Shown: positions 43,944-55,728 of the stretch, in pieces | Layout: each line of letters begins with the position of its first letter | How positions within the stretch are numbered: the first letter of the stretch is position 1 | Assembly: GCA_965279525.1 (NCBI GenBank) | Contig: CBDIIB010000005.1 | Span: forward strand, 1,088,001 to 1,152,000 | Length of the DNA stretch: 64,000 nucleotides | Origin: Tagaea sp. | Lineage (GTDB): Bacteria; Pseudomonadota; Alphaproteobacteria; CACIAM-22H2 | Reading direction: 5' to 3' | The notes under the pieces: generated by a model | What the model was told of the DNA's origin: nothing | Databases searched by the model: none | Seen by the model: only the letters and a program-made list of their open reading frames with translations | Translations under genes and position numbers: made by a program

Positions 43944-44846
43944 ATGCGTCTGACGCTGGCACAGCTCGAAGCGTTCCTGTGGGCGGTCGAACTCGGCTCG
44001 GTCCAGGCGGCGGCACGCCAGCTCCATCTGGCCCAGCCGACCGTGTCGCTGCGCCTGCGCGGTCTCGAGGAGGCGCTCGGCGTGCAGGTCTTCGAGCGCG
44101 CCGGGCGCGGCATCCGGCCGACCGCCAGTGGTCTCAGCCTGCTCGCGCGCGCCAAGACCGTGCTGCGCGAGGTCGACCGCATCCGCGAGCCGCCCGCCGG
44201 CCAGGCGCCGGTCGCCGGCGTCGTGCGCGTGGGCTGCGCCGAAGGTGTCGCGATGGTGTGTCTTGCGCCGCTGATGGGGGCGTTGCGCGCCGACTATCCG
44301 CACCTGCGCCCCGAGTTCGCGGTGGCGACGACGGCGGCACTCGAGCCCGAACTCGCCCGCCACAATCTCGACCTTGCGATCCTCGTCAATCCGGTCGGCC
44401 ATTCGGGCGTGCGGCTGCTGCCGCTCGGCCTCCAGCCGACCTCGTTCATGGCAGCGCCGGCGTGGGGCCTTTCGGGCCGGGTGCGGCCGGCCGATCTGCG
44501 GAACATCCCGATCGTGTCGAACCCGCCGCCGTCGGCGATGTTCCGCCAGACGCAGGACTGGTTCGCGACCGCCGGCATCGAGCCCGCGCGCGTCGACATG
44601 TGCTCGAGCGTCTCGGTCTCGGCGCACCTGATCGCGTCGGGCGTGGCGGTGGGCGTGCTGCCGCACAAGATGGTCGAGCCGCAGCTCGCCGACGGCTCGC
44701 TCGTGATCCTCGAGACCGATCCGCCGGTCGAATACGGGCGCGTCTATGTCGGGTTCCGCGACGGCGACGAGAGCCGCGCCATCGACGCGATCCTGCACTG
44801 CCTGCGCGGCGTGCTGTCGTCGATGGACTATCTCGTGGTGACGTAA
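43944..44846 (+). CDS. LysR family transcriptional regulator
   Basis: LEAF..ELGSVQAAARQLHLAQPTVS..LEEALGVQVFER HTH. Confidence 0.93.
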   Translation: MRLTLAQLEAFLWAVELGSVQAAARQLHLAQPTVSLRLRGLEEALGVQVFERAGRGIRPTASGLSLLARAKTVLREVDRIREPPAGQAPVAGVVRVGCAEGVAMVCLAPLMGALRADYPHLRPEFAVATTAALEPELARHNLDLAILVNPVGHSGVRLLPLGLQPTSFMAAPAWGLSGRVRPADLRNIPIVSNPPPSAMFRQTQDWFATAGIEPARVDMCSSVSVSAHLIASGVAVGVLPHKMVEPQLADGSLVILETDPPVEYGRVYVGFRDGDESRAIDAILHCLRGVLSSMDYLVVT

Positions 44847-44935
44847 GGCGCGAGGGTCCCGTCGTGCCGGTCGACCCGATTCCTCGGGCATGCGAGTTGA
44901 ATTCGATATGCCGGATCGGCGACAATTCCCGCACG

Positions 44936-45571
44936 ATGACCGATTTTCCACCCACATCCCTGTCGGCCGACCATATCTGGAGCCCGAGGATGCGCGCCTT
45001 CGGCGCCTTGTGGGCGGCCAAGCGCGATGGCCAGCCGATCCTGTCGCGCGACCGGTTCCACCCCGAAGAATGGGGTCGCTGGTGGTCGAACATGCTGCTC
45101 TACAGCATCGAGCCCGATACCGAAGGCAAGCGGCCGCGCATTTTCCGGATGACCTATCAGGGCGACGATGTCGAATACACCGACGGCGGCTCGAAGATCG
45201 GCAAGCGCCTCGAAGAGATCGCGCCACCCGACCTGCTGGCGCGCACGCTGGCGGTCTATGACCGCGTGGCGAGTGCGCGCGTACCGGTCTATTCGATCCG
45301 CGTCGGCGTCTGGGGGCGGGTCCGACCCGTGGCGTTCGAACGCCTGCTGCTACCGGTCGGCCCCGCGTCGGGCGACGCGACATCCGTGCTTGGCCTCATT
45401 CTCGATCACGGGCTCGACGACAATTGGAAGCGAGGCGATCTGTTCGCGCAATCGCCCACGCTCGACAAGCGGTCCTATGCGATCAGCCAGATCGATCCCG
45501 ACAGTTTCGCGGGCTGCGATCTGGAGCGCGTCGGCAAGGGTATCGGCCTGACCATGCCGACGCCGGACTAG
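44936..45571 (+). CDS. PAS_5-like domain protein
   Basis: [35 protein letters not shown]: a divergent PAS_5 pattern. Confidence 0.65.
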   Translation: MTDFPPTSLSADHIWSPRMRAFGALWAAKRDGQPILSRDRFHPEEWGRWWSNMLLYSIEPDTEGKRPRIFRMTYQGDDVEYTDGGSKIGKRLEEIAPPDLLARTLAVYDRVASARVPVYSIRVGVWGRVRPVAFERLLLPVGPASGDATSVLGLILDHGLDDNWKRGDLFAQSPTLDKRSYAISQIDPDSFAGCDLERVGKGIGLTMPTPD

Positions 45572-46719
45572 CCGCGCAGGTCGTCCCACAGTTCCTTCAC
45601 CTTGGCGAAGAAACTCGCACTCTCCGGGCTGTGGCTCTTGTTGCCGCCGCCGCTGCCTTCGAAATCGCGCAGCAGGTCCTGCTGCTTCTTGGTGAGGTTG
45701 ACCGGCGTTTCGACCATCGATTCGATGAACATGTCGCCGCGCGCGGCACTGCGCAGCACCGACATGCCCTTGCCCTTGAGACGGAACTGCTGGCCGGTCT
45801 GCGCACCGGCCGGGATCGTCACCTTCGCGCGCCCGCCGTCGACCGTCGGCACTTCGATCGAGCCGCCGAGTGCCGCCGTCGTCATCGGGATCGGCACGCG
45901 GCAATAGATGTCCGAGCCTTCGCGATGGAAGAGCTTGTGCTGCTTGATCGAGAGGAACAGGTAGAGGTCGCCCTGCGGCGAGCCGCGCATGCCCGCCTCG
46001 CCCTCGCCGGCAAGCCGGATGCGCGTGCCGTCCTCGACGCCCGCCGGGATGTTGACCGACAGCGTGCGCTCCTTGCGCGTGCGGCCCTGGCCCTGGCAGG
46101 TCTTGCACGGCTTCTCGATGATCTGGCCGGCGCCGCCGCATTGCGGGCAGCTGCGCTCGATCGTGAAGAAGCCCTGCTGGGCGCGCACCTTGCCCTGGCC
46201 GCGGCAGGTCGGGCACGTCGCGGGCTTGGAGCCGGCTTCGGCACCCGAGCCATGGCACGTCTCGCAGGCATGCAACGACGCGACGCGCACCGTGGCCTGC
46301 TTGCCGTGATAGGCGTCTTCGAGCGAGATCTCGAGATTGTAGCGAAGATCGGCGCCGCGCTGCGGGCCAGCGCCGCGCCGCCCGCCGCCCATGAACTCGC
46401 CGAACATCTCGTCGAAGATGTCGGCGAAACCGCCGGCACCGCCGCCGCCGAAATCGAAACCGCCGGCGCGTCCGCCCGGGCCGCCAGCACCGCCCTCGAA
46501 GGCGGCATGGCCGAAGCGGTCATAGGCCGCGCGCTTCTGGTCGTCCTTCAGGACGTCGTAGGCTTCGCTGATTTCCTTGAACTTGGTCTCGGCCTTCTTG
46601 TCGCCCGGGTTCTTGTCCGGGTGGAACTGCATGGCGAGCTTGCGATAGGCCTTCTTGAGGTCGTCGGCCGACGCCCCCTTGGCCACTCCCAGCAGCTCGT
46701 AATAATCCTGCTTCGCCAC
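45568..46719 (-). CDS. dnaJ: Molecular chaperone DnaJ
   Basis: [13 protein letters not shown] region, four CxxCxGxG repeats; GTG start. Confidence 0.97.
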   Translation of the reverse strand: MAKQDYYELLGVAKGASADDLKKAYRKLAMQFHPDKNPGDKKAETKFKEISEAYDVLKDDQKRAAYDRFGHAAFEGGAGGPGGRAGGFDFGGGGAGGFADIFDEMFGEFMGGGRRGAGPQRGADLRYNLEISLEDAYHGKQATVRVASLHACETCHGSGAEAGSKPATCPTCRGQGKVRAQQGFFTIERSCPQCGGAGQIIEKPCKTCQGQGRTRKERTLSVNIPAGVEDGTRIRLAGEGEAGMRGSPQGDLYLFLSIKQHKLFHREGSDIYCRVPIPMTTAALGGSIEVPTVDGGRAKVTIPAGAQTGQQFRLKGKGMSVLRSAARGDMFIESMVETPVNLTKKQQDLLRDFEGSGGGNKSHSPESASFFAKVKELWDDLRG

Positions 46720-46797
46720 GCCGCGGATCTCCGATGGTCAGGCTAAGGCTGCAGGCGATGCGAAATCCGCACCGCCCGCGCCCCGAAGCCCGATCCT

Positions 46798-48735
<1,938 letters not shown>

Positions 48736-48857
48736 GAAATCCTCGCTTTGCAGCAGTCTCTTGTGGCCGACCCGTTGAGGCATCGGCACGGGGAGACCCC
48801 GTCTTGGGTTGGTCGCTCGACGTAAGGCCTTCCCGGAAGACCCTACCTTCGACAGCG

Positions 48858-48886
48858 ATATAGGCAGGTGCCCGCGGCTTCGCAAC
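48858..48886 (-). promoter_or_regulatory. RpoH-type heat-shock promoter of dnaK
   Basis: Minus strand GTTG-N18-CCTATAT about 120 bp upstream of dnaK. Confidence 0.65.
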
Positions 48887-48941
48887 GGTCAAAGCCGAAT
48901 TCCGGCCGGTGCGGGGCTGGCCAGGCATTCAGTAAAATTTC

Positions 48942-48970
48942 TTGACTTACTTGCGCAGGCTGCCTATAAA
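48942..48970 (+). promoter_or_regulatory. Sigma70-like promoter for the 49071 gene
   Basis: TTGACT-N17-TATAAA. Confidence 0.5.
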
Positions 48971-48998
48971 GACCGTGAGGAATTCTCGGTTGCAGTGC

Positions 48999-49017
48999 TT
49001 CACGTTCCGTTAACCAT
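48999..49017 (+). promoter_or_regulatory. CtrA-like binding site
   Basis: TTCA-N7-TTAACCAT: one mismatch to TTAA-N7-TTAAC plus the TTAACCAT half-site. Confidence 0.55.
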
Positions 49018-49070
49018 GACGGAAGCTGCCGCCGGGCCCCTCAGAACTTCGAGAAGCGAGGTTCCGTGTT

Positions 49071-49511
49071 ATGACGACCGTTCAGAATGTCGGTGTTGTG
49101 CCGCCTTCGCCCCTTGTGGGTGAAAGCCGTCCTCCGTTGAGCCTTCCGGGCCAGCGGACGTCGCAAGCGCAGAACTCGACCACGACAGACCAGGTAAAAA
49201 CCCAGGCGGCGGAATCCGCCCGGGCAGCCGAGGCTTCGCGCGCCCAGCGGGCGCGTGCGGACCGCGACGAGGTCTCCGTGGCCGAACCGCGCCAGCTGGC
49301 GACGAAATCCGGCTTGATCCAGGGGACGTTCGACGCGTTCGTGGATGTCGTTGATCCGCGCTACCAGACGCGCATCGCGCGCATCTTTGGCCCCGCTTCG
49401 GGTGCCACGGCTGCCGAGCTTGCGCCGAGCCTGGTCCCCAGCGTGGTCAGCAAGGCCTACGAACCGATCGATGTGGGTGGCAAATCCGGCGCGTTCCGCC
49501 AGAGCGCGTAA
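49071..49511 (+). CDS. Hypothetical protein, FlaG-like architecture
   Basis: 146 aa, GAGG RBS; low-complexity N-half and C-terminal FVDVVDPRYQTRIARIF resembling FlaG (V.VvD..t.evIRqiP). Confidence 0.6.
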   Translation: MTTVQNVGVVPPSPLVGESRPPLSLPGQRTSQAQNSTTTDQVKTQAAESARAAEASRAQRARADRDEVSVAEPRQLATKSGLIQGTFDAFVDVVDPRYQTRIARIFGPASGATAAELAPSLVPSVVSKAYEPIDVGGKSGAFRQSA

Positions 49512-49581
49512 GGGCACCGTATAGAGCTTCAGACCCGCGCCGGGGCGCCATGCCTCCGCGCGGGCGAAGCCGTTTGCGCGT

Positions 49582-50160
49582 TCAGGCGGTCGTGTCGATG
49601 CCGGCGGGCGGCGCGCCCTTGGCGACCGTGACCATCGCCTCGCGCAGCAGCCTTCCGTGGATCGTGTAGCCGGGCTGGAAGACCTGCACGACGCTGCCGG
49701 CGGCAACGCCCGGCGCATCGACCTGGGCCACCGCCTGATGCAGGGCCGGATCGAACGGCTTGCCGGCGGCATCGATCTTCATCACGCCGTTGCGCTCGAA
49801 CGCGGCGAGCAGCTCGCGCTCGGTAAGCTCGACGCCCTCGGCAAGTTTGGCCAGATGCGGATCGGCCGCGCGCGCTTCGGCCGACACGGCATCGAGTGCC
49901 CGACGCAGATTGTCCGAAACAGCAAGCAGCGCCTTGGCGAAACTGCCGACCGCGTATTTCTCGCGATCGACGATCTCGCGATCGGCGCGCTTGCGCATGT
50001 TCTCGGCGTCGGCCATCGCGCGCAGCGCCGCGTCCTTGGCCTTCGCCGTATCGGCTTCGAGGGTAGCGATCTTCGCCAGTGCTTCGGCCAATGGATCGGC
50101 CGGGGCCGGCGCTTCGGCCGCCGGAGTCTCGGGAATCGGTTCGTTGGTCGGCTCGGTCAT
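49582..50160 (-). CDS. grpE: Nucleotide exchange factor GrpE
   Basis: LRAMADAENMRKR, DNLRRAL, FDPALHQAV, GYTIHGRLLREAMVTVAK. Confidence 0.96.
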   Translation of the reverse strand: MTEPTNEPIPETPAAEAPAPADPLAEALAKIATLEADTAKAKDAALRAMADAENMRKRADREIVDREKYAVGSFAKALLAVSDNLRRALDAVSAEARAADPHLAKLAEGVELTERELLAAFERNGVMKIDAAGKPFDPALHQAVAQVDAPGVAAGSVVQVFQPGYTIHGRLLREAMVTVAKGAPPAGIDTTA

Positions 50161-50194
50161 CGGGTGCGTTCCATCATCATTCGTTCCGCCCGGC

Positions 50195-50223
50195 ATTTGG
50201 GCGAAATCCCGCGCGGACGCAAG
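50195..50223 (-). promoter_or_regulatory. RpoH-like promoter of grpE
   Basis: Minus strand CTTG-N18-CCCAAAT between the hrcA stop and the grpE start. Confidence 0.5.
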
Positions 50224-50231
50224 GGTTGATT

Positions 50232-51359
50232 TCAGCCGACCAGCCGGCCGACGACGCGCGCCGTGTAGTCGACCATCGGGATGATGCGCGCATAGTTGAG
50301 GCGCGTGGGCCCCACGACGCCGATGGCGCCCACGATGCGCTCCTGCGCGTCGCGATAGGGGGCGACGATGGTGGTGCAGCCCGACAGGCCGAACAGCTCG
50401 TTCTGCGCGCCGATGAAGATCTGCACGCCTTCGGCCCCTTGCGCCTGTTCGAGGATGCGCGCCATCGACTGGTGCTGTTCGAGCGCTTCGAACAGCCGGC
50501 GGATGCGCTCGAGATCCTCCATCGCGTGGACGTCCTCGAGCAGCTTCGCCTGACCGCGCACGATCAGATAGCCCTCGGTGCCGACCGATTTCTCGGGTGT
50601 GGACCACACGGCGAGGCCCTGTTCGACGACCTTCTGGGAAAGCTGGTCGAGCTCGGCGCGCGACTGCTCCAACCGCTTCAGCACGTCCTCGCGCGCTTCC
50701 ACGAGCGTGCGCCCGGTGAGCTGGGCGGACAGGAAGTTCGAGGCCTGCACGAGCTGCTGCGGCGTCAGGCCAAGCGGCGTTTCGATGACGCGGTTCTCGA
50801 CGAGACCGCGCTCGGTCACGAGCACGACAAGCGTGCGCCCCGGCCCGAGCGGCACGAACTCGACATGCTTCAAGGGCGCATCCGACTTGGGCGCGATGAC
50901 GAGGCCGGCTCCGCGGCCCAAGCCCGCAAGCAGCGTGCTCGCCTGTTCGAGCACCTGGCCGACCGCGCGCCCGCCGGCCGCGCACTGCGCTTCGATCTTC
51001 TCGCGCTCGTCGCTGGAAAGCCGCCCCACTTCGAGCAGCCCGTCGACGAACAGCCGCAGGCCAAGATCGGTCGGCAGCCGGCCGGCCGACGTGTGCGGCG
51101 AATAGAGGAGCCCCAGATCCTGCAGGTCGGCCATCACGTTGCGGATCGTGGCGGGCGAGATCTGGTCGGGAAGCTGGCGCGACAGCGTGCGCGAACCGAC
51201 CGGCTCGCCGGTCTCGACATAGGCTTCGACGATGCGCCGGAAGACCTCGCGCGAACGCTCGTCCATCGCGGACACCGCACTCTGCGCGCGTTCGCTTGTG
51301 GCGGCGGCGGCGGCGGAAACGGGCTTGCGCTCGAACGGGACGATCGGAGAACGGCTCAT
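50232..51359 (-). CDS. hrcA: Heat-inducible transcriptional repressor HrcA
   Basis: IVEAYVETGEPVGSRTL, SPATIRNVMADL, PHTSAGRLPT, GVVGPTRLNY. Confidence 0.96.
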   Translation of the reverse strand: MSRSPIVPFERKPVSAAAAATSERAQSAVSAMDERSREVFRRIVEAYVETGEPVGSRTLSRQLPDQISPATIRNVMADLQDLGLLYSPHTSAGRLPTDLGLRLFVDGLLEVGRLSSDEREKIEAQCAAGGRAVGQVLEQASTLLAGLGRGAGLVIAPKSDAPLKHVEFVPLGPGRTLVVLVTERGLVENRVIETPLGLTPQQLVQASNFLSAQLTGRTLVEAREDVLKRLEQSRAELDQLSQKVVEQGLAVWSTPEKSVGTEGYLIVRGQAKLLEDVHAMEDLERIRRLFEALEQHQSMARILEQAQGAEGVQIFIGAQNELFGLSGCTTIVAPYRDAQERIVGAIGVVGPTRLNYARIIPMVDYTARVVGRLVG

Positions 51360-51381
51360 GGGGAATAGCTAGTCACCGCCC

Positions 51382-51520
51382 GCCTTGCGTGTCAACGCGC
51401 CCCCGATCCGTCATGCCCGGGCTTGACCCGGGCATCCACGACTTCGATTGCGAAGCAAGTCGTAGACCCCCGGGTCAAGCCCGGGGGTGACGAGTGGGAC
51501 GATGCCTTGCGTGTCAACGC
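51382..51520. repeat. 17-bp direct repeat GCCTTGCGTGTCAACGC flanking the REP element
   Basis: Exact copies at 51382-51398 and 51504-51520. Confidence 0.85.
51409..51492. repeat. Alphaproteobacterial REP/RIME-type palindromic element (REP doublet)
   Basis: CGTCATGCCCGGGCTTGACCCGGGCATCC...GACCCCCGGGTCAAGCCCGGGGGTGACG; two inverted REP units with compensatory TG/CA vs CC/GG changes and an inner ACGACTT/AAGTCGT stem. Confidence 0.88.
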
Positions 51521-51575
51521 ACCCCGGACTAGGTTCCGGCCCGTCGAACCCCCTTCCCGCCGAAAGAGATCTCCC

Positions 51576-52307
51576 ATGCGCCCTTCGGGCCGTCCTGCCG
51601 ACCAGATGCGTGAAGTCAGCCTCGAGCCGGGCTTCGCCAAGCACGCGGAGGGATCGTGCCTCGTGCGCTTCGGCGACACGCACGTGCTGGTCACCGCCTC
51701 GCTGGAGGAGAAGGTGCCGCCGTTCCTGCGCAACTCCGGCCAGGGCTGGGTCACGGCCGAATACGGCATGCTGCCGCGCTCGACCCACACGCGCACCGAC
51801 CGCGAGGCCGCGCGCGGCAAGCAGTCGGGCCGCACGCAGGAGATCCAGCGCCTGGTCGGGCGTTCCTTGCGCTCCGTCACCGACATGAAGATGCTGGGCG
51901 AGCGCCAGATCAAGATCGACTGCGACGTGCTGCAGGCCGATGGTGGCACGCGCACCGCCGCGATCACCGGCGCGTGGGTCGCGTTGCATCAGGCGATCTT
52001 CCCGCTGGTGAAGGCCAAGGGGCTTGCCGGATTCCCGATCCGCGACCATGTCGCGGCCGTGTCGTGCGGCATCTCGAAGGGCAAGAGCGTGCTCGATCTC
52101 GACTATGCCGAGGACAGTGCGTGCGACGTCGACGCCAATTTCGTGATGACCGGCGACGGCAAGCTCGTGGAAGTGCAAGGGACCGCCGAGCGCGATCCGT
52201 TCGCCGAAGAACAGCTCCTCGCGATGCTGGCACTGGCGCGCAAGGGCGTGACCGAACTCGTCGCCCTCCAGAAGAAGGCGGTGGCCGCATGGACCGGCGC
52301 CGTCTGA
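51576..52307 (+). CDS. rph: Ribonuclease PH
   Basis: [52 protein letters not shown]. Confidence 0.97.
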   Translation: MRPSGRPADQMREVSLEPGFAKHAEGSCLVRFGDTHVLVTASLEEKVPPFLRNSGQGWVTAEYGMLPRSTHTRTDREAARGKQSGRTQEIQRLVGRSLRSVTDMKMLGERQIKIDCDVLQADGGTRTAAITGAWVALHQAIFPLVKAKGLAGFPIRDHVAAVSCGISKGKSVLDLDYAEDSACDVDANFVMTGDGKLVEVQGTAERDPFAEEQLLAMLALARKGVTELVALQKKAVAAWTGAV

Positions 52308-52888
52308 CGGGCGACAAGCTCGTCGTCGCCACGCACAACAAGGGCAAGCTTGCCGAGATGGCCGACCTGCTGCGGCCCTTCGGGCTCGACTGCGTTTCGG
52401 CCGCCTCCCTCGGCGTTTCCGAACCCGACGAGACCGGCACGACCTTCGAGGCGAACGCGGAACTGAAGGCCCGCCACACGGCGACGGCCACCGGCCTGCC
52501 TTCCCTGGCCGACGACAGCGGCCTGTGCGTGGCCGCCCTCGACGGCGATCCGGGCGTCTACACGGCGAACTGGGCGGGACCCAAGCGCGACTGGGCGCGC
52601 GCCATGCGCATGGTGGAAGCGGCCCTCGACGGGGCCGCCGACCGCAGCGGGCGTTTCGTTTCGGTGCTGTCGATCGCTTGGCCCGACGGGCATGCCGAGA
52701 CGTTCCGCGGCGAAGTGCGCGGCACGCTGGTGTGGCCGCCGCGAGGGGTCCTGGGCTTCGGCTACGATCCGGTCTTCATGCCCGACGGCGAGACGCTGAC
52801 CTTCGGCGAGATGGACCCGGCGAAGAAGCACACGATGAGCCACCGCGCCATCGCGTTCGACAAGTTCAAGGCCGCCTGCCTGCCATGA
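52289..52888 (+). CDS. rdgB: RdgB/HAM1 non-canonical purine NTP pyrophosphatase
   Basis: [37 protein letters not shown]. Confidence 0.95.
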   Translation: MDRRRLTGDKLVVATHNKGKLAEMADLLRPFGLDCVSAASLGVSEPDETGTTFEANAELKARHTATATGLPSLADDSGLCVAALDGDPGVYTANWAGPKRDWARAMRMVEAALDGAADRSGRFVSVLSIAWPDGHAETFRGEVRGTLVWPPRGVLGFGYDPVFMPDGETLTFGEMDPAKKHTMSHRAIAFDKFKAACLP

Positions 52889-52901
52889 ACCCGGTGGGCC
52901 C

Positions 52902-54052
<1,151 letters not shown>

Positions 54053-54053
<1 letters not shown>

Positions 54054-54158
54054 TTGACGGACGTTGACGGACGTTGACGGCAGTTGACCGTCAACACGCC
54101 AAGTCGTTGACCTGCTTGGATCTCGTGTTGACGTTGACGGAAAACGAAAGCCGTCAAC
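54053..54158. repeat. GTTGAC(GG) repeat array with 10-bp phasing and two hairpins
   Basis: GTTGAC at 54053, 54063, 54073, 54083, 54106, 54127, 54133; reverse GTCAAC at 54090 and 54153; stems GTTGACGG/CCGTCAAC at 54073-54095 and 54133-54158. Confidence 0.85.
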
Positions 54159-54174
54159 CAAACTTTGCTGCCGC

Positions 54175-54205
54175 AAAAAAGACGAGACGGTAACGTTACC
54201 GTCTC
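54175..54205 (-). terminator. Possible intrinsic terminator (perfect 22-bp palindrome followed by a U6 tract on the minus strand)
   Basis: GAGACGGTAACGTTACCGTCTC at 54184-54205; A6 at 54175-54180. Confidence 0.5.
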
Positions 54206-54365
54206 CTCGCCAAATGCTTGATCCACCTGCGACATGTCGATGAGACGGAGACATCACCTGCATTCGAGGAGACGCGAATTTTGCGGAAACACGGCATCTC
54301 GTCCGGCCTCGACCTGCCGGCATGGACGCAGCATATTCACCGTTTCAAAGAGCACGCGAAACCTG
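54175..54365 (-). ncRNA. Candidate novel non-coding RNA (~190 nt; ~310 nt if read through to the hemW stop)
   Basis: Lies between a near-consensus promoter (54371-54399) and a terminator-like hairpin; begins with boxA-like TGCTCTTTGAAA; no convincing ORF. Confidence 0.4.
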
Positions 54366-54399
54366 CGGGGAATATATAAAAGCACGCGCCGGTTGTCAA
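54343..54399 (-). promoter_or_regulatory. Near-consensus sigma70 promoter plus boxA-like antiterminator element
   Basis: Minus strand TTGACA (54399-54394)-N17-TATATT (54376-54371); TGCTCTTTGAAA at 54354-54343. Confidence 0.7.
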
Positions 54400-54426
54400 G
54401 AAAATAGACCTGTCACGCTCTCTTTA

Positions 54427-55142
54427 GCCGTCATGCCCGGGCTTGACCTGGGCATTCAAGACTTTGAGAAAGCGCGAGGCCGCAATGCTTCGGCCCCGCC
54501 TACTTCTCAATTCTTCTGCACTATGCCGAAGCACTCGGATACGGCGCATCGGCACGCTCGTCTCTTCGCAAGCATTGTTTGATCTCGATAGCGGCATCCT
54601 TAAACATCGTCGGCATGAGTTGAAGCGTTGCCGTGAACTGACCTGACGACTTCACCAACAGTCTGGGAAAGCTGAGTCCAGTGAAACTCACTATACTGTT
54701 GACCGAATATGGGATCAGCACAGAGCCTTTGACGCGCCAACGTTGAGCTATGATCTGCATTCTTTAATGTTTTGGAAATCGATTGTGCGTCTAGCAATTT
54801 GTACTCGGCGAAGAGAATCAATCTCGTGCGACAGAGCTAAATCGACCATCGGCCTCAACCTTCGTAACGAGATACCTTTCCTTTAATCTCACCACCGCCC
54901 ACAAGCCAAGCATTCTGAAATCGGATGAGGCGATTAGCGCTGGTCCGCCACCTCAGTCACGCGACTGCCCATAAACTTATTGCAGTTTCTGCGCATAGTC
55001 ATTCAGATGGAAAATTTAGCTCTGACAATCAAAGGGCCGCTATCGCCTTGATGTTTTGCCAGTAATGAGACTGACTAATTGCATTGTTACACAAGCACTC
55101 AGGTTTGATCTCCCGCCCAGTCAATTTCCCGGGCATGACGGC
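54427..55142. mobile_element. AT-rich ~0.7 kb segment bracketed by inverted REP halves (REPIN/MITE-like, decayed cargo)
   Basis: GCCGTCATGCCCGGG at 54427-54441 and its exact reverse complement at 55128-55142; interior clearly lower GC with only short ORFs. Confidence 0.55.
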
Positions 55143-55266
55143 ACTATCGATGGCACTATAGTTCCAGAGATCGTGCCCATCCCCAGCAGACACGTCCCGA
55201 CCGCTTCCATGAACGGCTGAAAATGTTCTTCCTTCTTATGTCCTCCATGATGCGGCCCCTCCGCCC

Positions 55267-55715
55267 TCACCCCGGTATCTCCGGCTCCACCAGATGCGCA
55301 AGTTGGCTCCAGCGATTCCTGCCAGCCGAGGTAACACATCTCGGTGGGGATCGCTTCGGGGATGCCCTCCTGCACGGCGGTAAGGTCCGTGCCGCACAGC
55401 ACCGGCTTCAGCGTGATCGTGACGGTCATCTCGCCGGGCAGGTTGGGGTCGTCGAAGCGGTCGGTGTAGCGCAGGCGTTCGCCCGGCACGAGTTCGAGAT
55501 ACTCGCCGCCGAAGGAATGGCCGTTGCCGCTGGTGAAGTTGATGAACGTCATGCGGAAGCTGCCGCCGACCCGGGCATCGATCCGGTCGACCTTGCACAG
55601 GAAGCCGTAGGGCGGCAGCCAGCGCGCCAGCGCGTCGGCATCGAGGAACGCGCGATAGACCTTCGCAGGGCTTGGCGCGCAGCACGCGGTGGAGGCGGAC
55701 GGTTCCGGTCGGCAT
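55267..55715 (-). pseudogene. SRPBCC (AHA1-like) family protein with two +1 frameshifts
   Basis: Reconstructs as MPTGTVRLHRVLRAKP/AKVYRAFLDADALARWLPPYGF...CYLGWQESLE/QLAHLVEPEIPG* after removing one base near 55668 and one near 55306 (449 bp = 447+2). Confidence 0.8.
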
Positions 55716-55728
55716 CCTGGAGCTCCCT

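Noticed and set aside
48736-51575. CIRCE operator expected near hrcA/grpE/dnaK
   Set aside because: No TTAGCACTC-N9-GAGTGCTAA found; in alphaproteobacteria HrcA mainly controls groESL, so absence is expected
51423-51575. N-terminal extension of rph in the ORF track
   Set aside because: Produced by reading through the REP element; the conserved start is MRPSGR at 51576
55140-55159. GGCACTAT direct repeat just outside the right REP half
   Set aside because: Only 8 bp twice, with no matching copy at the left boundary, so not a target-site duplication
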